A stretch of DNA of 64,000 bases from Octopus vulgaris (lineage: Eukaryota). The first letter of the stretch is position 1; each line of letters begins with the position of its first letter. The stretch covers positions 52,142,001-52,206,000 of the forward strand of contig OX597818.1 in NCBI GenBank assembly GCA_951406725.2, written 5' to 3'. A program made the translations under genes and the position numbers. The notes below the pieces were generated by a model. That model was not told the DNA's origin. It was given only the letters and a program-made list of their open reading frames with translations, and made no database searches. This document shows, in pieces, positions 13,781-26,129 of this stretch.

Positions 13781-14072
13781 TATATTATATTAAATTAGAG
13801 ATAAAACCACTATTAGGCAAATCAAACAATGAAAAACTTAAGCCAATACATAAAATTAATTAATTTATATTATTTTAAATATATATCAAAAGTTTTAAAA
13901 GTTTAATAAATTAATTAATTTTATGTATTGGCTTGAGTTTTTCATTGTTTGATTTGCCTAATAGTGGTTTTATCTCGAATTTAATATAATATAATATTTT
14001 ACTATAAAATTGGATTCAATCCTAAATCTGATTTTCCCCTGTAAGTTTGGATTTATTCCCTAATATTTATTA

Positions 14073-14090
<18 letters not shown>
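12100..14090. mobile_element. Cluster of probable Penelope-like element remnants: several inverted repeats separated by (TA)n, one hammerhead-like motif
   Basis: Inverted arms at about 12555-12845, 12893-13090, 13335-13648 and 13780-13995; CTGATGA...GAAAC motif on the minus strand at about 12175-12216. The Penelope assignment is an inference. Confidence 0.6.
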
Positions 14091-14105
<15 letters not shown>

Positions 14106-14108
<3 letters not shown>

Positions 14109-14452
14109 CCAAGGACTCCAAATTTGCCATCAAGATGTAGGACAAGATACTGTGATAGCCTGGGCTTCCGAGGCCCACAGCTCTACAATATACTCACGAA
14201 GAACCTAAGAGACCTGCATGGGGTGGATGCAGATGTCTTTAAAATGAAACTGGATCTCTTCTTGTCAGGTGTCCCAGATGAACCAACTTCACGGCAGGAG
14301 GTGAAGATGAGGGCAGCTGCATCGAACTCTCTCATGCACCAGATGGCATTTACTAAAAAGCATTCGTGAAGTAAAATCATGTAGCAACATCAAATGGCAG
14401 TGCCCCAGCATGGCCACAGCTTGTGAGCTGAAACTAAAGAAAAAAAAAAAAA
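14106..14452 (+). mobile_element. LINE 3' end (CR1/L2-like ORF2 C-terminus plus 3' UTR and A tail)
   Basis: GPQLYNIL...FKMKLDLFLSGVPDEP resembles the ends of CR1-group ORF2s; stop at 14369, short UTR, poly(A). Confidence 0.75.
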
Positions 14453-14458
14453 GATTTT

Positions 14459-14492
<34 letters not shown>

Positions 14493-14883
14493 GCTAGATA
14501 TATATGTGTATCAGTATATTTCCAGGTCTATTTATTTCAGATATGCATTATTGAGCATATGTATAATACACATCAATATGATGTAATATTCAAGATGGTG
14601 AAAACTGCCTTGGACCATTTTGTTGCCTTCAAATTCTGCTAGGATCGATAAATTATATACCAGTAAAGTACTGGGGTCGGGTAAAGCAATTCTACTTCCT
14701 CGCTCTGTGCAGTCAAAATTTACTTCTCTGTGTATATATAAACGCATAGTCCTAAAAAAATAGATTTAGATCCGGGAACTGTAAGGCATCGACGAAGGCT
14801 GCATCTTCATTTAGTTTATGTAGGATAAGCCACGACACTAAAATCTATAACAAGCAGGGTAGATAAATCAGATTACGAATTTC

Positions 14884-15261
14884 GGATCTTTTCGCTTTGA
14901 CCGGCAGATTTTTAAAATAATTTGTTTGTAGCTAAAAAATTTTAAACTTTGTATACTGGTAGAATGTGTTTATAAAACATCTTTTTCTCTTGGCTTTATT
15001 GAGAAAATTCTGTAGTTTGTAAGCTATTTGTTGTTTATTTTCTTGCATTTCGGCAATTTCAACCAATCAATGACGTCTATTGAGGTGAAAACGAAATGCA
15101 AGAAAATAAACAACAAATATCTTCACAAACTACAGAATTTTCTCAATAAAACCAGGAGAAACTGATGTTTTATAAACACATTCTACCAGTATACGAATTT
15201 TAAAAGTGTTTAGTTACAAAGAAATTATTTTAAAAATCTGCCGGTCAAAGCGAAAAGATCC
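14884..15261. mobile_element. Foldback MITE with GGATC termini and 8-bp TSD
   Basis: Long TIRs GGATCTTTTCGCTTTGACCGGCAG.../...CTGCCGGTCAAAGCGAAAAGATCC; CGAATTTC duplicated at 14876-14883 and 15262-15269. Confidence 0.88.
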
Positions 15262-15369
15262 CGAATTTCTTATCAATATTATAATGCAACCTTCTGCTTG
15301 TTTATGGATGTTTGTGTTCCTATCTTGTAGTTTTTTCTGTATAGCTGGTCTGATTGGTTTGATATAGTT

Positions 15370-15618
15370 CAATGGTTGTCAACCGTTTTTGTCTATGGAT
15401 CCCTTTGATACTTATTTTATTCGAGTGGATCCTCATAACCAATCCATCTTTTAACCAAATCATATTAGGTTTTTATAATTAAATATTGTTAAATTTTTTT
15501 ATGATTAAATATTGTATTAAGAAATTACGATATTTTCTGTGTTGTAAAGCTGTAACCAATTTATTGCACATAAATTTTAACAACCCAACCTTATTTGGAC
15601 ATCCGTTGAGAACCACTG
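15370..15618. mobile_element. Degraded hAT-type MITE
   Basis: Ends CAATGGTTGTCAAC / GTTGAGAACCACTG; related to 60582-60905; TSD eroded. Confidence 0.55.
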
Positions 15619-15686
15619 ATCCTAGCTAAGCATTTATGGTAAGTGGATTCGGACATCGACGCACGTTTGTGTGGATCTGAACAAGG

Positions 15687-15950
15687 ATCATCATCATCAT
15701 CATCATCATCGTTTAACATCTGTTTTCCATGCTAGCATGGGTTGGACGGTCCGACTGGGGTCTGGGAAGCCAGAAGGCTGCATCAGGCCCAGTCTGATCT
15801 GGCAGTGTTTCTACAGCTGGATAGCCCTTCCTAACGCCAACCACTCCGTGAGTGTAGTGGGTACTTTTCACGTGCCACCGGCACAGGTGCCAGGCGAGGC
15901 TGGCAACGGCCACGATCGGTTAGTGCTTTTTACGTGCCACCGGCACGGAA
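15687..15950 (-). mobile_element. Retroposon 3' end with (GAT)n tail; related pieces at about 18115-18180 and 46260-46460
   Basis: Shared TTTAACxTCxxxTTTxxATGxTxGCxTGG motif next to (CAT)n at three loci. Confidence 0.6.
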
Positions 15951-17186
15951 TCAGGAAATTGAAATTAATGGATTAATGGACCGTACAGAAAGTGTTGTTT
16001 TTCTTAAATTGACACGAAGCGTCTATATAAAACATTTCTTTTATTGGTAGTTATAAGCTTTCGTTTATACCGTCGATTAAAATGTTTTCAGTAGCGTGTT
16101 TCGAGGTTGATAGATTAATATAGTACTATCCTTTCAATAAACAGTCTTTGGCCACCTGATTTAATTTTGGCTACACTTACTTAACTAACGTTTATTTTAT
16201 TTATGAGAATCATGTCTCTAAACTGTTTATTCTTTAATATTTTTGTTGTTATGTCTCTATCGAAAAACACAGCATTTTCAATTGATTTTCAAAATAATAA
16301 AATATTTAGTAAAATAACTGTCGTTATTAAACTGACAATTCAAGAAGAAATTTTTATGAATTGTTTTTAATTTAGATGAGTTAAAAAAAAAGAAATGAGT
16401 ATCATAGATGTAGGGATGGTCTTGGATGAGTTGGTGTAAGAAAGGTTAAGCAACTCTGTTGCCCACACCAACTATATGTGCACCCTGGTTATTTACTAAA
16501 TGGTCACTTCATCATCATTTCGGCAAGGGTAGTGAATGATGTATTTCGCTGAGGAGGTCAGAATAAAATTGAAACTTGTTCGGAGTTGTCTTCCTGTACA
16601 TTTCTAAACAAAGAAAAACAAACAAACAAAATTATTTTATCTGACTAATATTGTTTTGTTTTTTTTCTGCATTGCAGAATTACTTCTGTCGAGTTTTATC
16701 ATGATCTTTTGTAGTAAATGTATTAATTCTAATATCAGCTTCGTTTCAAAGAATATATCTTTGTGCTTAGTCAAAAGAAAGCAACACCAATGCCGAGGTC
16801 GACTTTGCCTTTCATCCTTTCGGGGTCGATAAATTAAGTACCAGTAACGCACTGGGGTCGATCTAATCGACTGGCCCACTCTCCCAAAACTTCGGGCCTT
16901 GTGCCTAGAGTAGAAAAGAAAATTAGTCAATGATGAAATAATTTCTTTCCATTATTTAGACTTGCACAGGAAACAACTCCGAACGCAATTCCGTCTCGTT
17001 CTCACGTCCCCAGTGTAATATACCCCTCACGGAATTTGCCGAAGTGATGACGAAACAATCATTGATAGATAGTCAAATTCTTCATGTTTAATATAATATT
17101 CTATTGCATTTTTGCCCACGACACTATCATGTACTTTTAACAAAGGTTTTCTTTTTTTTCATCTAATTTTTTTGTTTCAATTATAG

Positions 17187-17350
17187 ATTCAAAGTTTTCT
17201 GGTACATTTCTGGCAAGGGATGCCTCAACACTTATTGCCATTGTTAAACATCAATGCTATCGTAACTCTGGTGGGAGTCTGTGATTCAATTTTATATAAA
17301 GCAATAGCTAGCGTTCTTATGCCGTCTGTGTTACAAGCTTTACCGGAAAG
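17187..17350 (+). CDS. RFX4: RFX4-like exon ([55 protein letters not shown])
   Basis: ttatag acceptor, AG|gtaaac donor; contains the RFX4 motifs HFWQGMP and [12 protein letters not shown]. Not in the ORF track. Confidence 0.96.
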
Positions 17351-17419
17351 GTAAACTCTTGCAAATTATTTTAATTCTTGTCTTCTTTCTTTTTTCGTTT
17401 CTACCTTTTCTTATTTCTT

Positions 17420-17568
17420 TCGTCACCATCATCATCGTTATCATCATCATCCTCATCATCATCATCCTCATCATCATCGTCACCATCGTCACCATCATCA
17501 TCGTTATCATCATCATCATCATCACCATCATCACCGTTGTCATCATCATCGTTGTCATCATCATCGCA

Positions 17569-17601
<33 letters not shown>

Positions 17602-18115
17602 TCCATCACCATCGTCCCCATTGTCATCATCACACTCATCATCATCATCATTGTCATCATCATCGCACACAATATTATCATCACCATCAACATCACTACC
17701 ATCGTCATCATCATCATTCTTTACAATTTTCATCATTCTTCATCATGATAATAAAGTCGTTGCCGTTTGTTTCCGCAGTTGCCAACGAAATCTAAGTTCA
17801 GAGTTCAAATCCCACATGCGCCAATCTGTTGTTTTTTTGGGTTTTTTTCTTATACTTATCTCTGAAATTCATAACATAAAAACCAATAATAAATATATTG
17901 CGGATCGATCGAGCTAGTTGAATGTATTCGAACGGTGCATCCACGCCAAGTCGAAAGATATTAATGTTCTGTGCATGTGGAATAGTTGCTAAAAACCATC
18001 ATCATCATCGTCACCATCATCATCGTCACCATCATCATCGTCACCATCATCATCGTCACCATCATCATCGTCACCATCATCATCGTCACCATCATCATCG
18101 TCACCATCATCATCA
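17420..18115. repeat. (CAT)n field and 15-bp minisatellite (CACCATCATCATCGT)n at about 17997-18115
   Basis: Directly visible; source of the poly-D/S/M/H ORFs. Confidence 0.93.
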
Positions 18116-18595
18116 TTTTAACGTCCACTTTTCTATGCTTGCTTGGGTCAGACGGAATTTATTGAGGCCCCTCACCTGTTCCTAAGCAAGCTACTATTTC
18201 TCCACGACCCAATATATTTCCACAGGAGACAATTAGAATCAAAGTTCTTGGTACCGGATCCCCCCTAGCTTCCTCAGATATCGAAGACCTTTCGAACAAT
18301 CCTCCCTGTTCCTATGAGACCAAATTTCTGCATTAATGCAATTCTCAGAGCTAATTAACAAAGAAGCTACTAACTCGGTTGGTAACGATACTTAGAACTC
18401 CTATAACTTCTGGGATTACTTTTGCAAAAACCTTCCTCAATCTTTGTCGTCCTCATCATTTTGTGAACATCACAATTCGATGAGTACTTTTCCCAAACGT
18501 CATTATGTACCTCTGATGGCTATGAATTCTTTGTATTTCCCTTGTTAAATTTCAATATTTTCCTAAATTTTTCCCGCTCTTTTTTTCGTTTTCAG

Positions 18596-18696
18596 TTTGA
18601 CTCAAGTTATACGGAAGTTTGCTCGTCAGTTAGACGATTGGCTGAACTATGCATTATATTCCTTGCCGGAAAATCTGTGTAAAGTAAAATTTGATC
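18596..18696 (+). CDS. RFX4: RFX4-like exon (LTQVIRKFARQLDDWLNYALYSLPENLCKVKFD)
   Basis: ttttcag acceptor, C|gtaagt donor; LTQVIRKFA motif; phases consistent. Confidence 0.96.
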
Positions 18697-18833
18697 GTAA
18701 GTACAAAGAATCGACCATATTCATGTTTTATTCTTCTTTAGTCAAGATTCGATTGATATATTTGCCCAAGGTTGAGTCCCCAGCCAAGCCTTTCTTGAAA
18801 CCCTTAAAGCTAGGAACTTTACAGCAACCCTAC

Positions 18834-18948
<115 letters not shown>

Positions 18949-19544
18949 GAGCTAAATTAACCCTGGTTATGTACCTACTATATAGGTCAAATATATATGA
19001 TATTCATCAGAAATGTTTTTCATGTTTTTGTTTTTTTCCCCTTTTTTTTCATTTTGTACTTTAATTGTTTAGTGCAGAATCGTTGTTGTGAACATTTGTT
19101 TAGAAAATATTGGTGAATTGAATTTGAGACTTCAAATCGTACTTTATACAACTACAATTAAAAATGCACTTGAGAAAGCATGACAAATATCGTTTCAAAT
19201 TTTGCCACATGGTTAGCCAGCCATTTTAAGGAAGGGGATGAGTCGATTACATCGACCCCAGTGTTTCACTGGTACTTAATTTAACGACCCCGAAAGAATG
19301 AAAAGTCGACCTCGGCGGAATTTGAACTTGGAACGTAGCGACGAAATACCACGAAGCATTTGGCCTGGCACGCTAAAGATTCAAGCTTGACAAATATGAA
19401 TTTCAACTATCCTTCTTCAAAACTCTGTGATATTTAATTACGAAATATCAAAATAGTCCTACCTCTATCATCTAAACTTGGTTTTTTTTGTGTGTTTGTA
19501 CTTAAATCTTTCTACATTCTGCCATAGATAACTGTTTCTGTGTA

Positions 19545-19577
<33 letters not shown>

Positions 19578-19718
19578 TTTACGAGCTTTGAATGACACTA
19601 AAGCATCATAGTACATAGGTATTCTACAGAGTACCCAAAAGTTCATAGCAAAGGTTAAAATAAAACCAACATTACACATTGCCCGAGTATTCTGTCGACT
19701 ATCCAGATTGCTTTAGAA

Positions 19719-20020
19719 TAGTGCTTCTCAAACTATCTGCTGTGGCGTACCGGCAATTTTTTTTCCCAATGTTCAAGGACCGATAATATTTCTTAGTAAT
19801 ATTAATTTATACCGGAAACAATATATATATAATGAATATAATAAAAGTTGACAGTTTTTTTTATCTTATATTTATTTTGTAAACAAATAATACAATATTA
19901 TATAAGCAATTTATAAGCATTTTATAATGTTTCTTTCTTTTCTGGAAACTCGCCGCGTACTGGCAGCTGATGGTTCGCGGACCGGCACCGGTCCGCAGAC
20001 CACCACTTTGAGTAGCGCTG
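19719..20020. mobile_element. hAT (Charlie-like) MITE
   Basis: TIRs TAGTGCTTCTCAAA / TTTGAGTAGCGCTG; TSD CTTTAGAA / CTTTAGAG; subterminal GCGGACCGGCACCGGTCCGC palindrome. Confidence 0.8.
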
Positions 20021-20466
20021 CTTTAGAGAACGTTAATAAGGCGCGTGGCCAACTAGTTATGGTTTTGGATTAACGATCATAAGGTCTGGGGTTCAATTCC
20101 TGGTTCGAGTAGTATGTTGTCTCTGAACAAGGCACTTATTTCACATTACTCCAGAACCATTCCACAGACACGTGTACTCTTAATGTAATTCTCTGGCAGA
20201 ATCAGCGCGACGCAGTGTGTGACCAAGTTGTACCGCTTTCGAATAAAAATACAACCGACTCAATTTTTCTCACAAGGTATCGATTGATCTGATGCTATAG
20301 AAAATGGCATTTGCCCAAAACACCACGTAGTGAGATCGAACTCGGGGCTCGCAGCTACTGAGTGGCTTTCTTAGCGATTCGGCCACACTGCAACAAGCCT
20401 TTTTTGGCATTGGAACGCCTACACATACATGCACATGTATACGTATACGCTCTTTGATATATGCAG

Positions 20467-20872
20467 AGGGCTAAACACAAAGGGTTAAACATAGAGGGGA
20501 CAAACAAGGACAGACAAACGGATTAAGTCGATTACATCGACCCCAGTGCGTAACTGGTACCCATTTAATCGACCCCGAAAGGATGAAAAGCAAAGTCGAC
20601 TTCAGCGGAATTTGAACTCAGAGCATATAGACTGGCGAAATACTCTTAAGCATTTCGTCCGGCGTGCTAACGTTTCTGCCAGCTCGCCGCCTTCATGCTC
20701 ACGTATATTTATCAATCTGTCTTTACGTTTTCAGTTCAAATACCGCCGAGGTCGACTTTGCCTTTCATCCTTTTGGGGTCGATAAATTAAGTGCCAGTTA
20801 CGCACTGGAGTCGATCTAATCGATTGGCTCCCTCCCTCAAAATTACGGACCTTGTGCCAAGAGTAGAAAAGT
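20467..20872. mobile_element. Two SINE A copies in inverted orientation (20467-20692 minus, about 20720-20872 plus)
   Basis: Both match the family A body. Confidence 0.85.
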
Positions 20873-21371
20873 ATATTGATATATATAAAGTCGTAAGGAC
20901 ACAGACAGACAGACGGACGGACACACACACTTAACAGACGACTAGGTATCTGAGTGCGTGGGAACAATCCGAACCTTTTGTTTTCTTAAACTACGTTGCC
21001 TAGTCTTGGTGGAGGTAAACACTTTAGGAAGCTAAGAAGAAGAAGAAGAGGTGGAATAGTAATGAGAAAAAAAGGGATGAAAAGAAGGAGGTGAGGAAGA
21101 TAAAAAGAAAGATGGAGACGGGAAAGAAGACGAAGGAGGGGGAAAACGATGAAATAGACGGATAGAGATGCATTGAGATATAATGTAGGGGGTAGGGGTG
21201 TAGCAGAGTTGGGGGTAAGTCTTTGTTATTGTTGGTGCTTCGTCTGAGTTCAGACCGCCCTGAATGAGCAGACATACAGCCAAAGGCTTTCCAATCGTGA
21301 CCATTCCATCATATTTGCAAATCAGAGCAAAAAAGGTAAAAAAAAAAATTTTGAAAAAAAAAAAGACAACT

Positions 21372-21628
21372 GGCACTCCGTCGGTTGTGACATTCTGCTC
21401 GCGAAATTAATGAAATTAATGTGCAAGTGGCTGAGTACTCCACAGACAGCGTGACACACAGAGTGTAACAAGGCTGACCCTTTGAATTAGAGGCACAGTT
21501 CATTTTTGCCAGCTCAGTGGACTGGAGCAATGTGAAATAAAGTGTCTTGCTTAAGGACACAACGCACCGCCGAGAATTGAACTCACTGCCTTACGATTGT
21601 GAGCCGAATACCTTAACCATTAAACCAC
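21372..21628 (-). mobile_element. SINE family C (tRNA-derived); other copies at 20039-20230 (+), 23855-24038, 31284-31667 and 47759-48083 (-)
   Basis: Shared GCAAGTGGCTGAGxACTCCACAGACA and GTGTCTTGCTxAAGGACAC blocks; A/B-box head on the minus strand. Confidence 0.8.
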
Positions 21629-21649
21629 AGTCTTTTTTCTTTCTTTTTT

Positions 21650-21723
21650 TTTTGTATGGTGCAGTCGGTTAGCACGTTCGGCTGTTAACCGAAAGGTTGG
21701 TAGTTCAAGCCCACCAAGGGACT
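21650..21723 (+). pseudogene. tRNA-Asn(GTT) pseudogene
   Basis: TGGTGCAGTCGGTTAGCACGTTCGGCTGTTAACCGAAAGGTTGGTAGTTCAAGCCCACCAAGGGAC matches metazoan tRNA-Asn; the 5' acceptor strand is replaced by T-rich sequence and the T-loop reads TTCAA. Confidence 0.85.
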
Positions 21724-21868
21724 GCTGACATTTTTAGACTGGTAGAGTGTGATTTGTGGTGAAGTTCGACTGCTAAAACCAACATATTCAACACATTGTT
21801 CTCATTCTTTTCTTCTCGTCCTTCCTCCTCTCTTTCTTTCTTTCTTTCTCCTCTCTTTCTTTCTCCTC

Positions 21869-21903
<35 letters not shown>

Positions 21904-22516
21904 CTCTTTTCTTTCTTTCTTTCTTTCTCATTTCTTTCTTTCTTTCTTTCTCCTCTCTTTCTTTCTTTCTTTCTTTCTTTTTCCTCTCTTTCTTTCTTTC
22001 TTTCTCTCTTTCTCTCTTTCTTTCTTTCTTCCTTCCTCTCTTCAATTTCCAATGGGTGACCTTCTCGCCAATCCTCTGCGCTCCGTGTGTTACCTATCGA
22101 CCATATCATAACTTCACCTTTGACCCTTCTCCCACTACAACGCACTATACACACACACACACACACACACACACAACAACAACAACAACAGCAACAATAC
22201 ACACATACACAAGGGATTGTTGCTCAACGCTTAACTGTTCTTCATGGTGACCCGCTCAGCAAGAAGAGTTCGGCTCTTGTTTAATGTGGCGGAGAGAACG
22301 AATGAATGAGTAAAACCAAATTTTGGTGGCAGCGGGGGGGGAGGGGGAGAAAAACAAACAAACAAACAAACAAAACAATGAGAGAGGGGTAGAGGGAGAG
22401 AGAGAGTGGGGGTGGTACTGAGCTGAGTTGGGAGGTGGGGGGTTGGGATGTAAATTAGATTGGGACCACAACAGTATTTTTTTTGTTTTTTTTTTGGTTT
22501 TTCTTCTTAAAAAAAC

Positions 22517-22840
22517 AGTGATGATGATAATAATGGCGATCATAATTATAGCAAAGACGATGACGATGATGATGATGATGATAACTATCATCATCATCAT
22601 CATCATAATCGTCGCCATCATCATCGTCATCATCATCATAATCACCATGATAATCATAATACTCTTGATCGTGTGATAATAATGGCGATCATAATTATAG
22701 CAAAGACGATAGCGATAACTATGATGATGATGATGATGATGATGATGATAACTATCATCATCATCATCATCATCATAATCGTCGCCATCATCAGAATCAG
22801 AATCATAATCACCATGATAATCATGATACTCTTGATCGTG
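22517..22840. repeat. Tandem duplication of a ~160-bp unit containing (GAT)n followed by (ATC)n
   Basis: GATAATAATGGCGATCATAATTATAGCAAAGACGAT...TACTCTTGATCGTGT occurs twice. Confidence 0.85.
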
Positions 22841-25420
22841 TTGTTCTTCTTGCTGCTGTTGTGAGAGAGGTTTATGAATATGGTTGATCCGTGAATATGC
22901 TGTGGTGTAATTAACACGCTAATTAAGAGCTTTTGTTGTTTTCTTGTTTCATGCTTTGTTAATGATCTTATTGTTTGCTTTGTTACTATTGTCTTAACTA
23001 TGTCGTTGTTGTTGCTGCTGTTGTTGTTGTTGTTGTTTTTCATGCTTTGGATGTTTGTTGTTGTTATTGTTCGGGTGGTTTTGACAAAGTTTTTGAAAAT
23101 CACTTTGCGATCTCCCATTTATGACTTGCGCTAATTAAAATCCTGTTGTTAATTATCGTTATAGATAATTATTGCTATTTATTTTTGTATTATTTGTTTT
23201 ATTCATTGATTGTTGTTGTTGTTGTTGTTGTTTTGCTATTATTAATTTTTTTTAATTTTGGTTTTTAACCATTCCAGTTTCTCTTTTATTTTTTGTTGTA
23301 ATTGTTGTAGTTGTGAAAGTTACCGTTCTACAGCGGTTAATACTTTGCGCATAAAATTCTGTAGTTTAGTTTCGATTCTGCTTCGTCCGGCTTTCCGCTC
23401 TAAGTTCAAATTCCGCCGAAGTCGACCTTACCCTTCATCCTTTGGACGTCGATAAAATAAGTACCAGTTGTGCAATGGGGACAATCTAATCGATTTACCC
23501 CATTACATAACATCGCTGGCCTTGTGCCAACCGTTTAAATAAATTGTTGAAGCCTTCTCCTTCTTCTTCTTCCAATCAGGATTCACGCCATTAGCCACAA
23601 AAAATAATCTTTATTCGAGCCTACTCTAAGCTACTAACAATGCGTGTGGCAACTTGAGGATCCACCCACCACATGTGATAGACTGGCGGTTGCACGGGCG
23701 CGAAAGCTACGTTGTTATCCTCATTCCGTAAACGGTGGCTTTTAACGGGTGGAGAGCTGAACCATCCTGGGGTACAGAGGATTCGCAATCTAGACTAGGG
23801 TCTGAATGTTTACCACACCATAGTGAGTTACACCATGGTTCCTCTGCTTTTTAGCAGAAGTAGGAAGAAAGAGTGAGAGAAAGTTGTGGTGAAAGGGTCC
23901 CCCCCCCCACCGCCGGAGCTTCGTGGAGCTTATGTGTTTTTGCTCAATAAACACTCACAATGCCCGGTCTGGGAATCGAAACCGCGTTCTTACGACCGTG
24001 AGTCCGCTGCCCTAACCACTGGGCCATTGCGCCTCCACTGAAGCTGTTGTTGCTCCCTGTCTTCTTTTTGCATCTTCTCTGTCTTCTAACAGAGTTTGGT
24101 AGAGCAGGACCCAAATCCTTTATGGTGCTTGTTTGCAACCGTTGTCCGTTCTGAGTTCAAATCCAACTCAAGCCAACTTTGTGATTTTTATCCTTCCGTG
24201 ATCGATAAAATCATTTCTGTCATAGACAGGGCCTGAAACTATGGGGTAGGTGGCTAGTCGATTACATCGACCCCAGTGCTCAACTGGTATTTACTTCATC
24301 GACCCGAAAGGAAGAAATACAGAGTCGACCTCAGTAACATTTGAATTCAGTACAACAAGCCAGAAGACATACTGCTATGCATTTTGTCTCGAGCGATAAC
24401 GTCTCTGCCAGCTCGCCGCCTTTCGGTGGCCGATAAAATAAATGCCAGAACGTTAACGGCTGATCGAAGAGATAAGTTGGTCTTCAAGATGCAGATTTAG
24501 CTATGGTGCGTATGCAAAGCCAAAAATAAAATCCAATCTAGATGACCGAGATGGTGTGCACCCATATTGAGTGCGTTATAGTATTTATATTTGTCGGGGT
24601 TTTTTTCTATTACAATTCCATTCACCCTAGGATGCATTATAGAATATTAAATTGACTCTGTATTTGACCACGAAATAGTAAAACTGTAGCAGACCCTTCT
24701 CTCTCTCTTCTCTGTTTCCACTCTCTCCCTCCTATTTCCCTCTCACTTTATGTTCCGTGTCTTCCCGTGTTGATGATCATGGAACGCCATGCCAAAGTCT
24801 GAAGATTCGTGCCTTTCCTTAGCAAAGTTCCTGTGGTGGTTTTTTTCCCCGTTTCCTTCTTTCGGTTTATTAACAATTTATACTGCTAGTCTCACACATC
24901 CTAACCTTAAGGCACGTGACTCGGTACCCCTCATGCAGGGAGACTGGTTCGCGTAACTCACTACCCCCTTATGCAAGGGTGCGTTCACACACTGATGGGC
25001 CTGTAGAGCATATGTCTAAGAGGTTGCTTTCTGATATGACTCATAACTGAGCCCCTTGATTATCGTTACCATCCCTGGACAGAGCAGAGCTAGGAGTACT
25101 GGTGACTTACAAATAATAAGTCCTGGGGGCCAATTTGCTCGACTAAAAGCGGTGCTCCAGCATAGCCACAGTCAAATGACTGAAACAAGTAAAAGAGTAA
25201 AATACGTCTCAAATCGCGACGAAACTCCAAGGCAAGGTTGTGTGGTGAACAGTTTGCTTCCGGGTTCAGTCCCACTGCGTGGCACCTTGGGCAAGTGTCT
25301 TCTACTATAGCCCCGGGCCGACCAAAGCCTTGTGAGTGGATTTGGTCGGCGGAAACTGAAAGAAGGCCGTGACACACGCTCGCCAACCGGTGTTGATGTG
25401 TTTACATTTCCGTAACTTAG

Positions 25421-25648
25421 CTATTTCCTTACTACCCACAAGGGGCTAAACACAGAGAGGACAAACAAGGACAGGCAAATGGATTAAGTCGATTATATCG
25501 ACCCCAGTGCGTAACTGGTACCTAATTTATCGACCCCGAAAGGATGAAAGGCAAAGTCGACCTCGGCGGAATTTGAACTCAGAACGTAACGGCAGACGAA
25601 ATACCACTAAGCATTCCGCCCGGCGTGCTAACGATTCTTCCAGCTCAC
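25421..25648 (-). mobile_element. Full SINE A inserted into a SINE B copy (about 25238-25790)
   Basis: TSD CCGTAACTTAGC on both sides; the host SINE B continues after the insertion. Confidence 0.85.
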
Positions 25649-26096
25649 CGTAACTTAGCGATAGTGTGAGAGAGACCGATAGAATAAGTACCAGATATAA
25701 AAAGATTAATACTGGGATCGGTTCGTTTCACTAAAATTTTTCAAGGCGGAGCTCCAGTATGGCCGCAATCTAATGACAGAAGCAAGTAAGAGTCAAAACT
25801 TCACTGTTTTGCCCTTCCCTTTTTTTTTGGCTTTCGGGAACAATATGCTTCAGACTACATCATTTGTAAGATGTGGTTCCAAATGAGATTTAGCTGCTGC
25901 TTCTAGCGAGTTCAACGACCACACAGAGTCTCCTTCGTTTGTTCCTCTTCCCCCCATCATCATAGCTTTCGTTATAGGTGTTGATATGGTGTTTATTGCG
26001 ACGGTTTATTAAAGCTGAAGAGGGAGGTGGCTGGTTATTGTTCTCCGTGATTGTTGTGAGTTTTTACACACTCTCTTTTGTTGTCATCATCCTTGT

Positions 26097-26129
<33 letters not shown>

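Noticed and set aside
17340-17917. Poly-Asp, poly-Ser or poly-Met proteins
   Set aside because: Intronic (CAT)n field directly after the 17350 donor.
21650-21723. Functional tRNA-Asn gene
   Set aside because: The acceptor stem cannot form from the adjacent 5' sequence, the T-loop is altered, and there is no downstream T-run at the expected position.
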